Shown here piece by piece: positions 18,738 to 27,919 of a stretch of 64,000 bases of DNA. The DNA comes from Candidatus Gastranaerophilales bacterium (GTDB lineage: Bacteria; Cyanobacteriota; Vampirovibrionia; Gastranaerophilales; Gastranaerophilaceae). The stretch covers positions 175 to 64,174 of the forward strand of contig CALUWB010000002.1 in the NCBI GenBank assembly GCA_944324375.1, in the 5' to 3' direction. Within the stretch, counting starts at the first letter, position 1, and every line of letters begins with the position of its first letter. The position numbers were made by a program, and so were the translations under genes. Under the pieces are notes generated by a model. The model ran no database searches and had not been told where the DNA came from. It saw only the letters and a program-made list of their open reading frames with translations.

Positions 18738-19205
18738 TTATCTATTCTCTATGTAATTAACTGTTTCTTTTTGTATAGAATGGTTAGCTAATTTCATATA
18801 TTTTTGTTGATTTTCGCTTAGTTCAGGATTTTTACTACTTTCTCTAGTTAATCTAGCTAAAAATGTCATAAGAGGAAGTTTTTTGTCATCATTTATAACT
18901 AAATCTTTATTATTAAGTTTAAAGGTTGATTGATTTACTTGATCTTCAGGCACATCAAATCTTTTTAAATGGAATTCTACGGTGTCAGGATTTTCCTTAT
19001 TTATGAACACTGTAGGAGTTCGTTTTAAATAATCATTAAAATCTTTCCCTTTATCATCATTAGTAAGTTTTGCAGAAATTTTAAGTTCTGTATAAAATTT
19101 TTCTCCTTGTTTTAACTCATTACTAAGATTTTGATAAGTCCCTAACTGTTTATATTGTTTCTTTGCTATTTTAATATTATTTATTCCTTTAAAACTAACG
19201 TCCAT
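18738..19205 (-). CDS. Hypothetical protein (N-terminal MDVSFKG tag)
   Basis: 155-aa ORF with AAAGGTGGA upstream of the ATG. No family recognised. Confidence 0.7.
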   Translation of the reverse strand: MDVSFKGINNIKIAKKQYKQLGTYQNLSNELKQGEKFYTELKISAKLTNDDKGKDFNDYLKRTPTVFINKENPDTVEFHLKRFDVPEDQVNQSTFKLNNKDLVINDDKKLPLMTFLARLTRESSKNPELSENQQKYMKLANHSIQKETVNYIENR

Positions 19206-19287
19206 AATCCACCTTTATAATCTAATTACATTAATATAAAGTCTCTAAAAAATAAATTTGCTAATAAATATGTTATAATAAAACCAT

Positions 19288-19360
19288 GCCGGAATGGCAC
19301 AGTTGGTAGCGCAACTGATTCGTAATCAGTAGGTCGGGGGTTCGATTCCCCCTTCCGGCA
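19288..19360 (+). tRNA. tRNA-Thr (anticodon CGT)
   Basis: 73-nt cloverleaf. The acceptor is gccggaa/ttccggc, the anticodon arm is actga-ttCGTaa-tcagt and the T arm is ggggg-ttcgatt-ccccc. The D arm gcac-agttggta-gcgc has one A:C mismatch. CCA is not encoded. Confidence 0.9.
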
Positions 19361-19515
19361 GGGGTAAATAAATAATGTTTAATTGTTTGGTTCGACAGAG
19401 TTCCCTTCTGATAAATAATATTATTCCACTATCTAGAAATGCGACGATTGGGTAATATACTCAACTCTTTGACTATAATTTAATCTTGTATGTAAACAAA
19501 AAAGGAGAGATACAA

Positions 19516-20187
19516 ATGATTGGAACAGACGAGATTAAAGTTGTTATTGTTGAAGATTTCAAATTAACAAGGGTAGGATTAAGGTGTGCATTAAATGAAA
19601 ATAAAGATATTAATGTTGTTGGGGAAAGTGAAAATGCAACTGATGGATTAAGATTAATTGAGCAACTTAAACCACAAGTAGTGCTAATGGACTTGGGATT
19701 ACCAGGAATGAATGGCATCGAAGCAATTTTGAAACTTAGAGAAACTAACAAAGATGTAAAAGTTATTGCACTAACTTCTCATGATAGAGAAGAAGAAGTT
19801 ATTACCGTATTAAGTGCAGGAGCAAATGCATACTGCCTTAAAGATATTGATCCTATTAAATTATCTGATGTTATAAGAGATGTTGCAAATGGAGTTTGTT
19901 GGCTTGATGCTGAAATTGCAGGAAAAGTATTAAGAGCATTCCCTAAACAAGATAAAATGGTTTTATTCAACAACCCATCGCAGAATAGTAATCAAGTTCC
20001 TCTTACAGAAAGAGAATTTGAAGTTCTTAAACACCTTGTATCTGGAAAAAGTAATACTGAAATTGCAAAAGAACTTATTGTAAGCGTACACACAGCAAAA
20101 GCACATGTTTGTTCTATTCTTCAAAAAATGTGTGTAAATGATAGAGTTCAAGCTGCTGTTAAAGCAGTTAAAGAAGGGATTGTATAA
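19516..20187 (+). CDS. NarL/FixJ-family response regulator (REC + LuxR-type HTH)
   Basis: The ORF-track frame opens at TTG 19486. ATG 19516 is preferred because AAGGAGAG lies 7 nt upstream. Receiver motifs are VVIVEDF, VVLMDLGLPGMNG and ALTSHD. The C-terminal LTEREFEVLKHLVSGKSNTEIAKEL is the LuxR HTH. Confidence 0.9.
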   Translation: MIGTDEIKVVIVEDFKLTRVGLRCALNENKDINVVGESENATDGLRLIEQLKPQVVLMDLGLPGMNGIEAILKLRETNKDVKVIALTSHDREEEVITVLSAGANAYCLKDIDPIKLSDVIRDVANGVCWLDAEIAGKVLRAFPKQDKMVLFNNPSQNSNQVPLTEREFEVLKHLVSGKSNTEIAKELIVSVHTAKAHVCSILQKMCVNDRVQAAVKAVKEGIV

Positions 20188-20212
20188 CTTGTGTTTCTCA
20201 TCTATAATAAGA

Positions 20213-20244
20213 TAAATTAGCAGAAATAAAATCTGCTAATTTAT
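20213..20244 (+). terminator. Hairpin downstream of the response regulator
   Basis: aattagcag (20215-20223) pairs with ctgctaatt (20233-20241). The T tail is weak. Confidence 0.45.
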
Positions 20245-20263
20245 CAATAGAGAGGGTATTATC

Positions 20264-20908
20264 ATGGATTTAATTGAAAATAGAAAAAGTGTTAGACAAT
20301 ATTCAGATAAAAAAATTACAGATGAAATATTAAAGCAAATCCTTAATGCAGGACGTCTTGCACCTTCTTGGATGAACTCACAACCTTGGCATTTTATTGC
20401 TGTAAAAAATCAAGAAACAAAAGACTTGTTATGCAAACTATCTAACAACCAACCACATGTTAGATTAGCAGATACAGTTATTGTTTGCGTTGCTGATAAT
20501 AATGCTTGGTCTAAAGAAATTTTTGGAAAAGTTCTAAAAGCTCGAGGAATGAAGGATGAAGCCATTGATAATATTATGACAATACCAGCTTATTACCCTC
20601 CATTACTAGGCGATGAAACTACTTTACTTCGTTCTGTTGAACAAGTTACATATGCTATAGCTTATATGACACTTGAAGCAGAAAGATTAGGTGTAAGCTG
20701 CTGTATTATTGGAGCATTAGGCAATGAAGTAACTAAAATCCTTCCTGAAATCAGCAAAGAAGCTAAAGATAAACTTAATCTTAATGATAATCAATGTATC
20801 ATATCAATGCTAACTTTAGGATACGAAAAAGAAGCTCAACCTAACAACAAAATGAGAAAAGATTTTGATGAAGTTATATCTTTAGAAAAATTAGGCAATA
20901 AATTTTAA
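20264..20908 (+). CDS. Nitroreductase-family protein
   Basis: 214-aa ORF. RKSVRQYSDKKITDE...ILNAGRLAPSWMNSQPWHFIAV is the classical nitroreductase N-terminal signature. Confidence 0.9.
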   Translation: MDLIENRKSVRQYSDKKITDEILKQILNAGRLAPSWMNSQPWHFIAVKNQETKDLLCKLSNNQPHVRLADTVIVCVADNNAWSKEIFGKVLKARGMKDEAIDNIMTIPAYYPPLLGDETTLLRSVEQVTYAIAYMTLEAERLGVSCCIIGALGNEVTKILPEISKEAKDKLNLNDNQCIISMLTLGYEKEAQPNNKMRKDFDEVISLEKLGNKF

Positions 20909-20915
20909 AAAATAA

Positions 20916-21776
20916 TTATGCATAATTTTTCAAAGTTTCTTCAATAAACTCTTTCATTTCAGCTACATACAACTTTGGAGATACCATTTTACAATTCTCT
21001 CCATAACGCATTAACCTATGGAATAATTGTGTTTTATCTTCAAATCTATTTTTTATAAGCAAATCACCATTGCTTAAAATTCGCATTACTTCTTCATGTT
21101 CTCTTAATTGATAATTTTTAGCTAATTTACCTTTAACCTCAAATAAAACTGTTGTTGGTAAAAATTTATTATTAGATTTTTGAGGCAAAATTTTCACTTG
21201 TTCTATGTTATCAGGAGCGATTGATTTAGAATTTGTTCCATCAAAAACTATCAAACTAATTTCATCATCTTTTATTGAAACCTCTATAGGTTCACATTGA
21301 ATTGATTCTTCATTATTAAAAATAATCTTTACTTTTTGAGATAGTAAACAAGCCTTTTCAAAAGTTTTTATATTTGAATTCTTTATCACTGAGGTAGATA
21401 CAGGTGAAATTGGTCTATCTGCCCTACGATTAATTTTATTTAAAATTTCTTGCATATTTTCTGATAGGTGTTGAACCTTCATTTTTTCACAGCAATTTTT
21501 CAATTCATTAAATAAAGATAATTCATTATTAGAAAAACTTATTCCTATTGGAAAATTTACTATTTGATATTTATTATTAATTTTTTTTATATCAATACCA
21601 CAATATCTACAAGTATTGATATACTTACTCATTACAAAGTTTGAATTATATTCATTGTGATAAAGTTCATAATACTTTATCAACTCATTCATCTCTAAAT
21701 CGCGTTCATATAACAATTGTAAAGTATAAAGAACTTTTAATGATGCAGCATTAATTTTTGATAAACTTTTAGTCAT
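20916..21776 (-). CDS. HTH + WYL-like domain transcriptional regulator (second of a tandem pair)
   Basis: 286-aa ORF. It has an N-terminal winged-helix-like segment (LKVLYTLQLLYERDLEMNELIKYY) and a central beta-rich WYL-like segment (KVKIIFNNEESIQCEPIEVSIKDDEISLIVFDG). It overlaps the upstream paralogue by 8 nt. Confidence 0.6.
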   Translation of the reverse strand: MTKSLSKINAASLKVLYTLQLLYERDLEMNELIKYYELYHNEYNSNFVMSKYINTCRYCGIDIKKINNKYQIVNFPIGISFSNNELSLFNELKNCCEKMKVQHLSENMQEILNKINRRADRPISPVSTSVIKNSNIKTFEKACLLSQKVKIIFNNEESIQCEPIEVSIKDDEISLIVFDGTNSKSIAPDNIEQVKILPQKSNNKFLPTTVLFEVKGKLAKNYQLREHEEVMRILSNGDLLIKNRFEDKTQLFHRLMRYGENCKMVSPKLYVAEMKEFIEETLKNYA

Positions 21777-22692
21777 ATTGGCTCCTCATACTTTGTAATT
21801 TTGCAACAATTTGTTCTTTAAAATTTTCAGGGGATATAACAACACAATCAGGACCAAAAGATAACATTCTTTGAAGTGCAATAAAATCAGTATAATAAGC
21901 ACCTTTAACCTGTATAGTATCACCCTTTTTATTTATAATTTCTTCTGTTTCTTCTAAAGAATATTTCTGAGAATTCTTTAATTCAAACTCTACATATACA
22001 TCATCAGCATTTACACTTTCACTTCTTAATGCTCTTGCTAATATTTTCTTTAATCTTGAAAAATTCAAGAAAGTTCTTTTATTTATTGTATGGTTATAAC
22101 AATAAATATATAACTTATCACTTCTAAATGCTAATTTTTCAACTGTTATATCATATTCGACACTTTTTGAAGATCCTGGTTTATACTCAATTGTTAACCT
22201 TGTATTTTTATAAGCATCTGATAATAACTCATTGATTAAATCTTTATTCAATCCTTTTAATACAGAAATACCTCTTAAATACTCTTTAATATGTTCATCT
22301 TGAATTACATCTGCAAGTTTTTCAAATAAAGTATCGTATTCTAAAATTCTTTCTATACTAAGATTTTTATATATATTTCTATAAATTTTAGCTAATGTTT
22401 CAACTTCATCTTCATCCAAAGTTAATTCAAATGGATGAGAGCGCAAAATATACATATTATTAGTTCTTTTAGTAGCTTTTGAAATATCACAACCAATATA
22501 TTTTAATGTATTCAAATCAATCCTTATTGTATCAATCGAATACTCTCTTGTTACTATATTACTTTTTATCAAAAACTCTTTAATTTCTTGAAAAGTACAA
22601 GGCTTCAAATTCAATAAAGCTAGGATTACAATTGCCCTTACCCCAGTCAATGATATTTGCCTTGGATTACATTGTTCATTAAATTTAAACAT
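21769..22692 (-). CDS. HTH + WYL domain transcriptional regulator (first of a tandem pair)
   Basis: The ORF-track frame opens at 22716. ATG 22692 (MFKFNEQ) is preferred because AAGAGG lies upstream. The wHTH is GVRAIVILALLNLKPCTFQEIKEFL...IRIDLNTLKYIG. The WYL-type core is RLTIEYKPG...KLAFRSDKLYIYCYNHTINKRTFLNFSRLKKI. Confidence 0.7.
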   Translation of the reverse strand: MFKFNEQCNPRQISLTGVRAIVILALLNLKPCTFQEIKEFLIKSNIVTREYSIDTIRIDLNTLKYIGCDISKATKRTNNMYILRSHPFELTLDEDEVETLAKIYRNIYKNLSIERILEYDTLFEKLADVIQDEHIKEYLRGISVLKGLNKDLINELLSDAYKNTRLTIEYKPGSSKSVEYDITVEKLAFRSDKLYIYCYNHTINKRTFLNFSRLKKILARALRSESVNADDVYVEFELKNSQKYSLEETEEIINKKGDTIQVKGAYYTDFIALQRMLSFGPDCVVISPENFKEQIVAKLQSMRSQYD

Positions 22693-22761
22693 GGATACCT
22701 CTTTAAAGAATAACATACCACAAATTTAAATAAATTCCTACTGTCTGATAACAATGTTTTT

Positions 22762-22797
22762 ACATAATATAAAAGAGGGTGGACCGACCCACCCTCT
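22762..22797 (-). terminator. Rho-independent terminator (after hsp20, before the WYL pair)
   Basis: The GC-rich stem agagggtgg (22774-22782) pairs with ccaccctct (22789-22797). On the minus strand it is followed by TTTTATATT. Confidence 0.7.
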
Positions 22798-22921
22798 ACC
22801 ACGTAAACCATCTCTGGCAGTGGTATTGTATATAACACCTAGAAATCGAATTGTTAACTTAACGACTAGTAAGTTTTATATGATTATTACCATCTCCTTT
22901 CAAGAACATTATAATATCACT

Positions 22922-23398
22922 TTATTCAATTTCTAAGCGTTTCGCCTTGCTCTCTTCGACCTGCTGTTTTGGAATTCTTATTGTTAATACTCCATTTTTA
23001 TATTCAGCTTTGCTTTCTCCTACTTTAATAGGCTGGTCAAAAGATATTGTTCGTTGATACTTTCCATATCTAAATTCACAAGTGTGATATCTTAAATTTT
23101 CTTCTGCTTCTTCTTTTTGTTCCTTTTCTTCTTCTATTTTGGCTGTTATTGTCATAAAGTCATTATCTAAATCTATCTCTATATCATCTTTTTTGACACC
23201 TGGAAGTTGAACTTTAACTTTATATGCAGTTTTTGTTTGCTTTACTTCTACTGCCGGACGCCATACTGAATTCTTCTTCATTGATAATGGATTTGAAAAC
23301 ATTGGACCAACTATTGTATCACGCAAAAAATTATTTAATTCATTATGGATACTATCAAAATATAAATCAGGTTCTCTTAATATTAAATCGTGTTTCAT
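22922..23398 (-). CDS. Small heat-shock protein, Hsp20/alpha-crystallin family
   Basis: 158-aa ORF. It has alpha-crystallin domain motifs (WRPAVEVKQTKTAYKVKVQLPGVKKDDIEIDL..., AEYKNGVLTIRIPK) and AAAGGAG upstream. Confidence 0.92.
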   Translation of the reverse strand: MKHDLILREPDLYFDSIHNELNNFLRDTIVGPMFSNPLSMKKNSVWRPAVEVKQTKTAYKVKVQLPGVKKDDIEIDLDNDFMTITAKIEEEKEQKEEAEENLRYHTCEFRYGKYQRTISFDQPIKVGESKAEYKNGVLTIRIPKQQVEESKAKRLEIE

Positions 23399-23554
23399 AA
23401 ATTTCTCCTTTCAGTGAGTAGTTATAATTTAAGAGATTTTACATTTAAATTCATTCAACAAATTCACTATTTATAACTATATTTATTAGCACATATGGTA
23501 ATAGATTTTCTTCTTACTAATTGAAATACTATAAATAAACAAGGAGAACTTAAT

Positions 23555-24565
23555 ATGAAAATGCTATTATTTGATTTTAGAGAATCAGAAGAAAAATATT
23601 TTGAAAATCACATTATTCAAGATTGCGACATTACATTTTATAAAGAAAACCTTAATGAAAATACAATCCTTTCAGAAAAAGAGCTTGAAGAAACTCAAAT
23701 TATTAGTGTTTTTATATCATCTCAGTTAACAGAAAAAGTTATTAATAAATTTAAAAACCTTAGAATTATCGCAACACGATCAACAGGATACAATCATATT
23801 GATACGAATGCCTGTATTGAAAGAAATATAGCTGTTGTAAATGTAGATGGATATGGGAAACGCTCTGTTGCGCAATATACAATTAGTATGATGGTTGGGC
23901 TTATAAGATATTTTGTTCCAGCAATGAAAGATTTTCAACAAGATAATATTCAATTTAGTAAATATACTGGATATGATCTGGCCGAAATGACTCTGGGAGT
24001 TATTGGTACTGGAGCTATTGGTGCTGCTGTTTGTGAAATTGCAAATTTCTTTGGGATGCATATTTTTGCGTACGACTGTAAAATTAATAATGAGATTAAA
24101 AACTTTGTAGAATATGTTTCATTAGAAGATTTATATAAATATTCTAATATCATTTCTCTTCATATCCCTTTAATCCCTGATGTTTATCATATGATATCTC
24201 ATAAAGAATTTGAAATGATGAATGATGGGGTTTATATTATTAACACTTCTCGTGGAGAATTAATTGATAACATTGCATTATATGATGCAATAAAATCAAA
24301 AAAAGTTGCAGGGGCTGCACTTGATGTTCTTGAATGCGAAAACTTGAATATGTATCCAGATGATTTTATATCAAATATTAAAGAAGCTACTTGCGATTGT
24401 ATTAGTAGTGCGATTGTTAATCAAAAACTATTTAATGAACCAAATGTTATTATAACTCCTCATATTGCATATAACACTTATCAAGCCGTTAATACCATAC
24501 TTGATCAAACATTTAAAAATATTAAATCATGCATTTCTGGAAAATGTTCAAATCGTATTGTCTAG
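23555..24565 (+). CDS. D-isomer-specific 2-hydroxyacid dehydrogenase (D-lactate dehydrogenase-like)
   Basis: 336-aa ORF. It has an NAD fold (GVIGTGAIGAAV), TSRGELID, AALDVLE and TPHIAYNT catalytic-region motifs, with AAGGAG upstream. Confidence 0.9.
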   Translation: MKMLLFDFRESEEKYFENHIIQDCDITFYKENLNENTILSEKELEETQIISVFISSQLTEKVINKFKNLRIIATRSTGYNHIDTNACIERNIAVVNVDGYGKRSVAQYTISMMVGLIRYFVPAMKDFQQDNIQFSKYTGYDLAEMTLGVIGTGAIGAAVCEIANFFGMHIFAYDCKINNEIKNFVEYVSLEDLYKYSNIISLHIPLIPDVYHMISHKEFEMMNDGVYIINTSRGELIDNIALYDAIKSKKVAGAALDVLECENLNMYPDDFISNIKEATCDCISSAIVNQKLFNEPNVIITPHIAYNTYQAVNTILDQTFKNIKSCISGKCSNRIV

Positions 24566-26203
24566 ATAATTTTTAATTCTCTCAAAAACACTTTCCCATA
24601 ATTCATTTGGCTGTTGTTTAAAGATAATAACAGAATTATACCATTCTGTTTTTTCATCATTATCAAACCATCTCCAATCTGGACAATATGGGAGAATTAA
24701 TATTGTTTTAACTCCTAATGCGCCTGATAAATGAGCAACTGATGTGTCTACTGTTATCATAACATCAAGGTTTTTTAATGCAGCTGCAGTATCTGAAAAA
24801 TCTTTAAATGTTGAACCTAAATCTATTAATTTAGAATATTTTTTATAATTATCCATTGATGGATTAACCTGAAATGAATAAGTTATTGCTTCTTTCGTAT
24901 TTATTATTTTTTCATATAATTCTATATTCAAAACTCGATGGATTTGATCTCTTAATCCAGTTGCTCCTGCTTCCCAGCATATTCCTATTTTGTATTTATT
25001 ATTTGAAAAATATTTATTTTGATATTTTTCAACATTAATACTTTCTACGTCTAAATAACCTGAACTTGAAGGGATTTTATTGAACTTCATTCCTAAATAA
25101 TAAGGTGAAAAGGTCAAAAATGTAGACTTATCATAATTTGGAATTTTTTGTGTGCTTGAATAAAATCGTATATTTTTATAATCTTTATACGAATATTTAA
25201 ATAAATCTAATAATGGAGAATCAACCATAACCTTTATTTGTCTAAATTTTTTTGATAAATATGGAAGATACCTTACATATTGGATTTGGTCACCAATACC
25301 TTGATCGCCAAATATAAACAAAACATCTTGTTTACATTGTTTTTCTCCTCTCCACATACTTTTAAATTTCGAATACCAATCAGAAGATTCTCTAGTCCTG
25401 AATTCTGGATTTATATAATAAGCATAACCTTTTTTAAATTGTCTATTTGATAAATAATAAGAAGCAAGTAAAAACCTTAAACCTTTTGTATCTGGAGCTA
25501 TTTTTTCAATTTTTTTTAAATAATAATATGCTTTTTTTCTTCCATCAGGTTCCTTTAGATAACTTATTGCCAAATCTAAATATCCCTCTAATTTATCTCC
25601 ACAATGTAACATTTTACGATAATATTCTCGAGCCTTTGCATTATCTTGATATAATACTTCTTGTAATAATCCTAAATTATGCCAAGCTAATGAGGACTTT
25701 GAATCTAATTGTAATAAATATTTCGAATATTGTTCACACTCTTTGAATTGCCCTCTTTTAATTGATAAATAAGCCAATTCTTTTATTATTATTTTGTCAA
25801 AAGGATATTTCTTATATGCCTCTAATGCCTTATCATAACCTTTTTTATATTCGCCCACACTGGAACATGAAGTTAAATATGCTTGATAATATTCTAAGGT
25901 ATCATTATTTTTACTAGATTTTTCTAAAAATGCAATAGCTGTTTGATATTTCTCAAGATAAAACTTGTTCATTCCTATATAAAAAACTATTGTATCTGAT
26001 GGTAATAGTTTATATGATTTATCTAAATATTTTTCAGATTTTTCATATAAACCTCTTTCATAATAAAGAAGTCCCAAAAATGATAATAACGATGCATTAT
26101 CTTGATTTTTTTTAAGCATACTTAAATATAATTTTTCAGCTTTCTTAAAATCACCATTTTTAGAATATTCTATAGCCTGTTTTATTCCTTCTACTATTTC
26201 CAT
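24548..26203 (-). CDS. TPR-repeat protein fused to a GT9 (heptosyltransferase-like) glycosyltransferase domain
   Basis: 551-aa ORF. The N-terminal roughly 270 aa are TPR units. The C-terminal half has FIFGDQGIGDQIQYVRYLPYL and DTSVAHLSGALGVKTILILP, which resemble the GLGD and DSGxMHLAAALG motifs of family 9 glycosyltransferases. Confidence 0.7.
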   Translation of the reverse strand: MEIVEGIKQAIEYSKNGDFKKAEKLYLSMLKKNQDNASLLSFLGLLYYERGLYEKSEKYLDKSYKLLPSDTIVFYIGMNKFYLEKYQTAIAFLEKSSKNNDTLEYYQAYLTSCSSVGEYKKGYDKALEAYKKYPFDKIIIKELAYLSIKRGQFKECEQYSKYLLQLDSKSSLAWHNLGLLQEVLYQDNAKAREYYRKMLHCGDKLEGYLDLAISYLKEPDGRKKAYYYLKKIEKIAPDTKGLRFLLASYYLSNRQFKKGYAYYINPEFRTRESSDWYSKFKSMWRGEKQCKQDVLFIFGDQGIGDQIQYVRYLPYLSKKFRQIKVMVDSPLLDLFKYSYKDYKNIRFYSSTQKIPNYDKSTFLTFSPYYLGMKFNKIPSSSGYLDVESINVEKYQNKYFSNNKYKIGICWEAGATGLRDQIHRVLNIELYEKIINTKEAITYSFQVNPSMDNYKKYSKLIDLGSTFKDFSDTAAALKNLDVMITVDTSVAHLSGALGVKTILILPYCPDWRWFDNDEKTEWYNSVIIFKQQPNELWESVFERIKNYLDNTI

Positions 26204-26212
26204 ACATTTATA

Positions 26213-27826
26213 TTAACATTTATCAGAAATTTTCGTCAATTCAGCAATTATTCTGTCCATTTCAATATTCCAACAAGTTTTTACTTTTTGTTTAAATATT
26301 TTAACGCTATCATACCACTCTGTTTGTTCTATATTATCAAACCAACGCCAATCAGAATAATATGGAATTAGCAGAAATGTTTTTATACCTAATGCTCCAG
26401 CTAAATTTGCAACAGAGGTATCTACTGTAATTAATAAATCCATATCTTGTAAAGCCAGCGCTGTATCATTAAAATTATTGAAACTTGAACCCAAATCTAT
26501 TAAATTATACTTTTTATAATCATCACTTGAAGGATTTACTTGAAATGAATAAAAATCATAATCTAGCTTTAATAAATTTGAAAACTCATTTATATTTATT
26601 GTTCTATGTATTGTTGTCCTTATATCAGAATTTCCTGCTTCCCAACATAAACCTATTTTTAATTTTTTATTTTTACGATGTAATTTATTAACTTTTAAAT
26701 ACCCAGCACTATTTGGAATATTATTAAAATCCATTTTTAGATAATAAGGAACCTTTGATAATACAACTGAATAATCATATTCAGGAATATAATCGACAAA
26801 CTCTATATCATTAAAACTATTTTTAAATAAGTCTATTAATTGAGGAAATGCAAAAACCTTTATATTTTTAAATTTATCCTTTAAATAAGGAATATACCTT
26901 ATAAACATTATATGATCTCCATAACATAAATCTGGATACACAAATAATGTTGAATTTTTATGTTTTTTACCGTCCCATAAATTTACTAATTTTTTTACAT
27001 CTCCTAAACCCTTATGTTGAATATAATATTTATAACCTTCTTTAAATTTACGTTGTCTAAAATAATTAAATGCTAATCCTAATAAAACAATATCCAAATC
27101 AGGAAAACTCTCATAAGCTTTTTTCAAATACCTTGTTGCAAGTGAGTATTTACCAACTTTTGAATAACTTATACCTAAATCATAATTATATGAAGGACTA
27201 TTTTTATATTTTATTGCCTTTTTATAACATTCCTGAGCCTTTTCTTCATTAATATACAAACTCTCATAAATAATCCCTAAATGATTCCAAGCTCTTGCAA
27301 ATTTAGAATCCATTCGTAAAATATCAAGACAATATTTTTCACCCTCTTGGAAACGACCTGTATAAATACAAGCAATTGAATAATTTAATAATAACTCCTT
27401 ATTCATTGGAAACTTATTAATACCAGCATACGAATAATCGTATGCCATTTTTAAATATTCTTTTTTACCTGTAGATATCAAAGAACAAAGTGCCAACGTA
27501 ATTCTTTCATAAGATTCACATTTTTGCTCTACTTTTATCAAATCAATATATAATGGAACACACTCATCAAATTTTTGGAGTAAAAATTTACTAAATGCAA
27601 GTCCTGATATAGTTGAATTATCTTGTGAATATTTATATGCTTTCTCAAAACATTTTTCTGCATTTTTATAATCTTTTATAGTTATATAAAGATATCCCAA
27701 AAAATTCAATAAAATATGGTTCTCAGGGTTTAATTTTAAAGCCTCAAGATATATTTTTTTGGCTGAATTATAATCTTCAAGTTTTACAAATTCAACAGCC
27801 TTATTTATTTGAGAAACTATATCCAT
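26213..27826 (-). CDS. TPR-repeat protein fused to a GT9-like glycosyltransferase domain (paralogue of 24548-26203)
   Basis: 537-aa ORF with the same architecture. Motifs are FVYPDLCYGDHIMFIRYIPYL and DTSVANLAGALGIKTFLLIPY. It is collinear with the neighbouring paralogue. Confidence 0.7.
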   Translation of the reverse strand: MDIVSQINKAVEFVKLEDYNSAKKIYLEALKLNPENHILLNFLGYLYITIKDYKNAEKCFEKAYKYSQDNSTISGLAFSKFLLQKFDECVPLYIDLIKVEQKCESYERITLALCSLISTGKKEYLKMAYDYSYAGINKFPMNKELLLNYSIACIYTGRFQEGEKYCLDILRMDSKFARAWNHLGIIYESLYINEEKAQECYKKAIKYKNSPSYNYDLGISYSKVGKYSLATRYLKKAYESFPDLDIVLLGLAFNYFRQRKFKEGYKYYIQHKGLGDVKKLVNLWDGKKHKNSTLFVYPDLCYGDHIMFIRYIPYLKDKFKNIKVFAFPQLIDLFKNSFNDIEFVDYIPEYDYSVVLSKVPYYLKMDFNNIPNSAGYLKVNKLHRKNKKLKIGLCWEAGNSDIRTTIHRTININEFSNLLKLDYDFYSFQVNPSSDDYKKYNLIDLGSSFNNFNDTALALQDMDLLITVDTSVANLAGALGIKTFLLIPYYSDWRWFDNIEQTEWYDSVKIFKQKVKTCWNIEMDRIIAELTKISDKC

Positions 27827-27919
27827 AAAAGAATAATAACATTTTATAATAAGATTTAAAATACAATAAATTATTTAATTTGGTTAAACATTTAAAATAT
27901 TTTATACTATAATTGTTTT

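Noticed and set aside
17268-19360. Genomic island integrated at tRNA-Thr.
   Set aside because: I could find no integrase or recombinase and no direct repeat of the tRNA 3' end. It is reported only as an accessory-looking gene pair, not as a mobile element.
22647-22936. Two 60-63-aa ORFs (22647-22838 -, 22754-22936 +) between hsp20 and the WYL genes.
   Set aside because: Both run through the GC-rich terminator hairpin and lack Shine-Dalgarno sequences. They are most likely non-coding.
23486-23492. CIRCE (HrcA) operator upstream of hsp20.
   Set aside because: Only a TTAGCAC half-site is present, with no GAGTGCTAA partner 9 nt away. No CIRCE element was seen upstream of grpE either.
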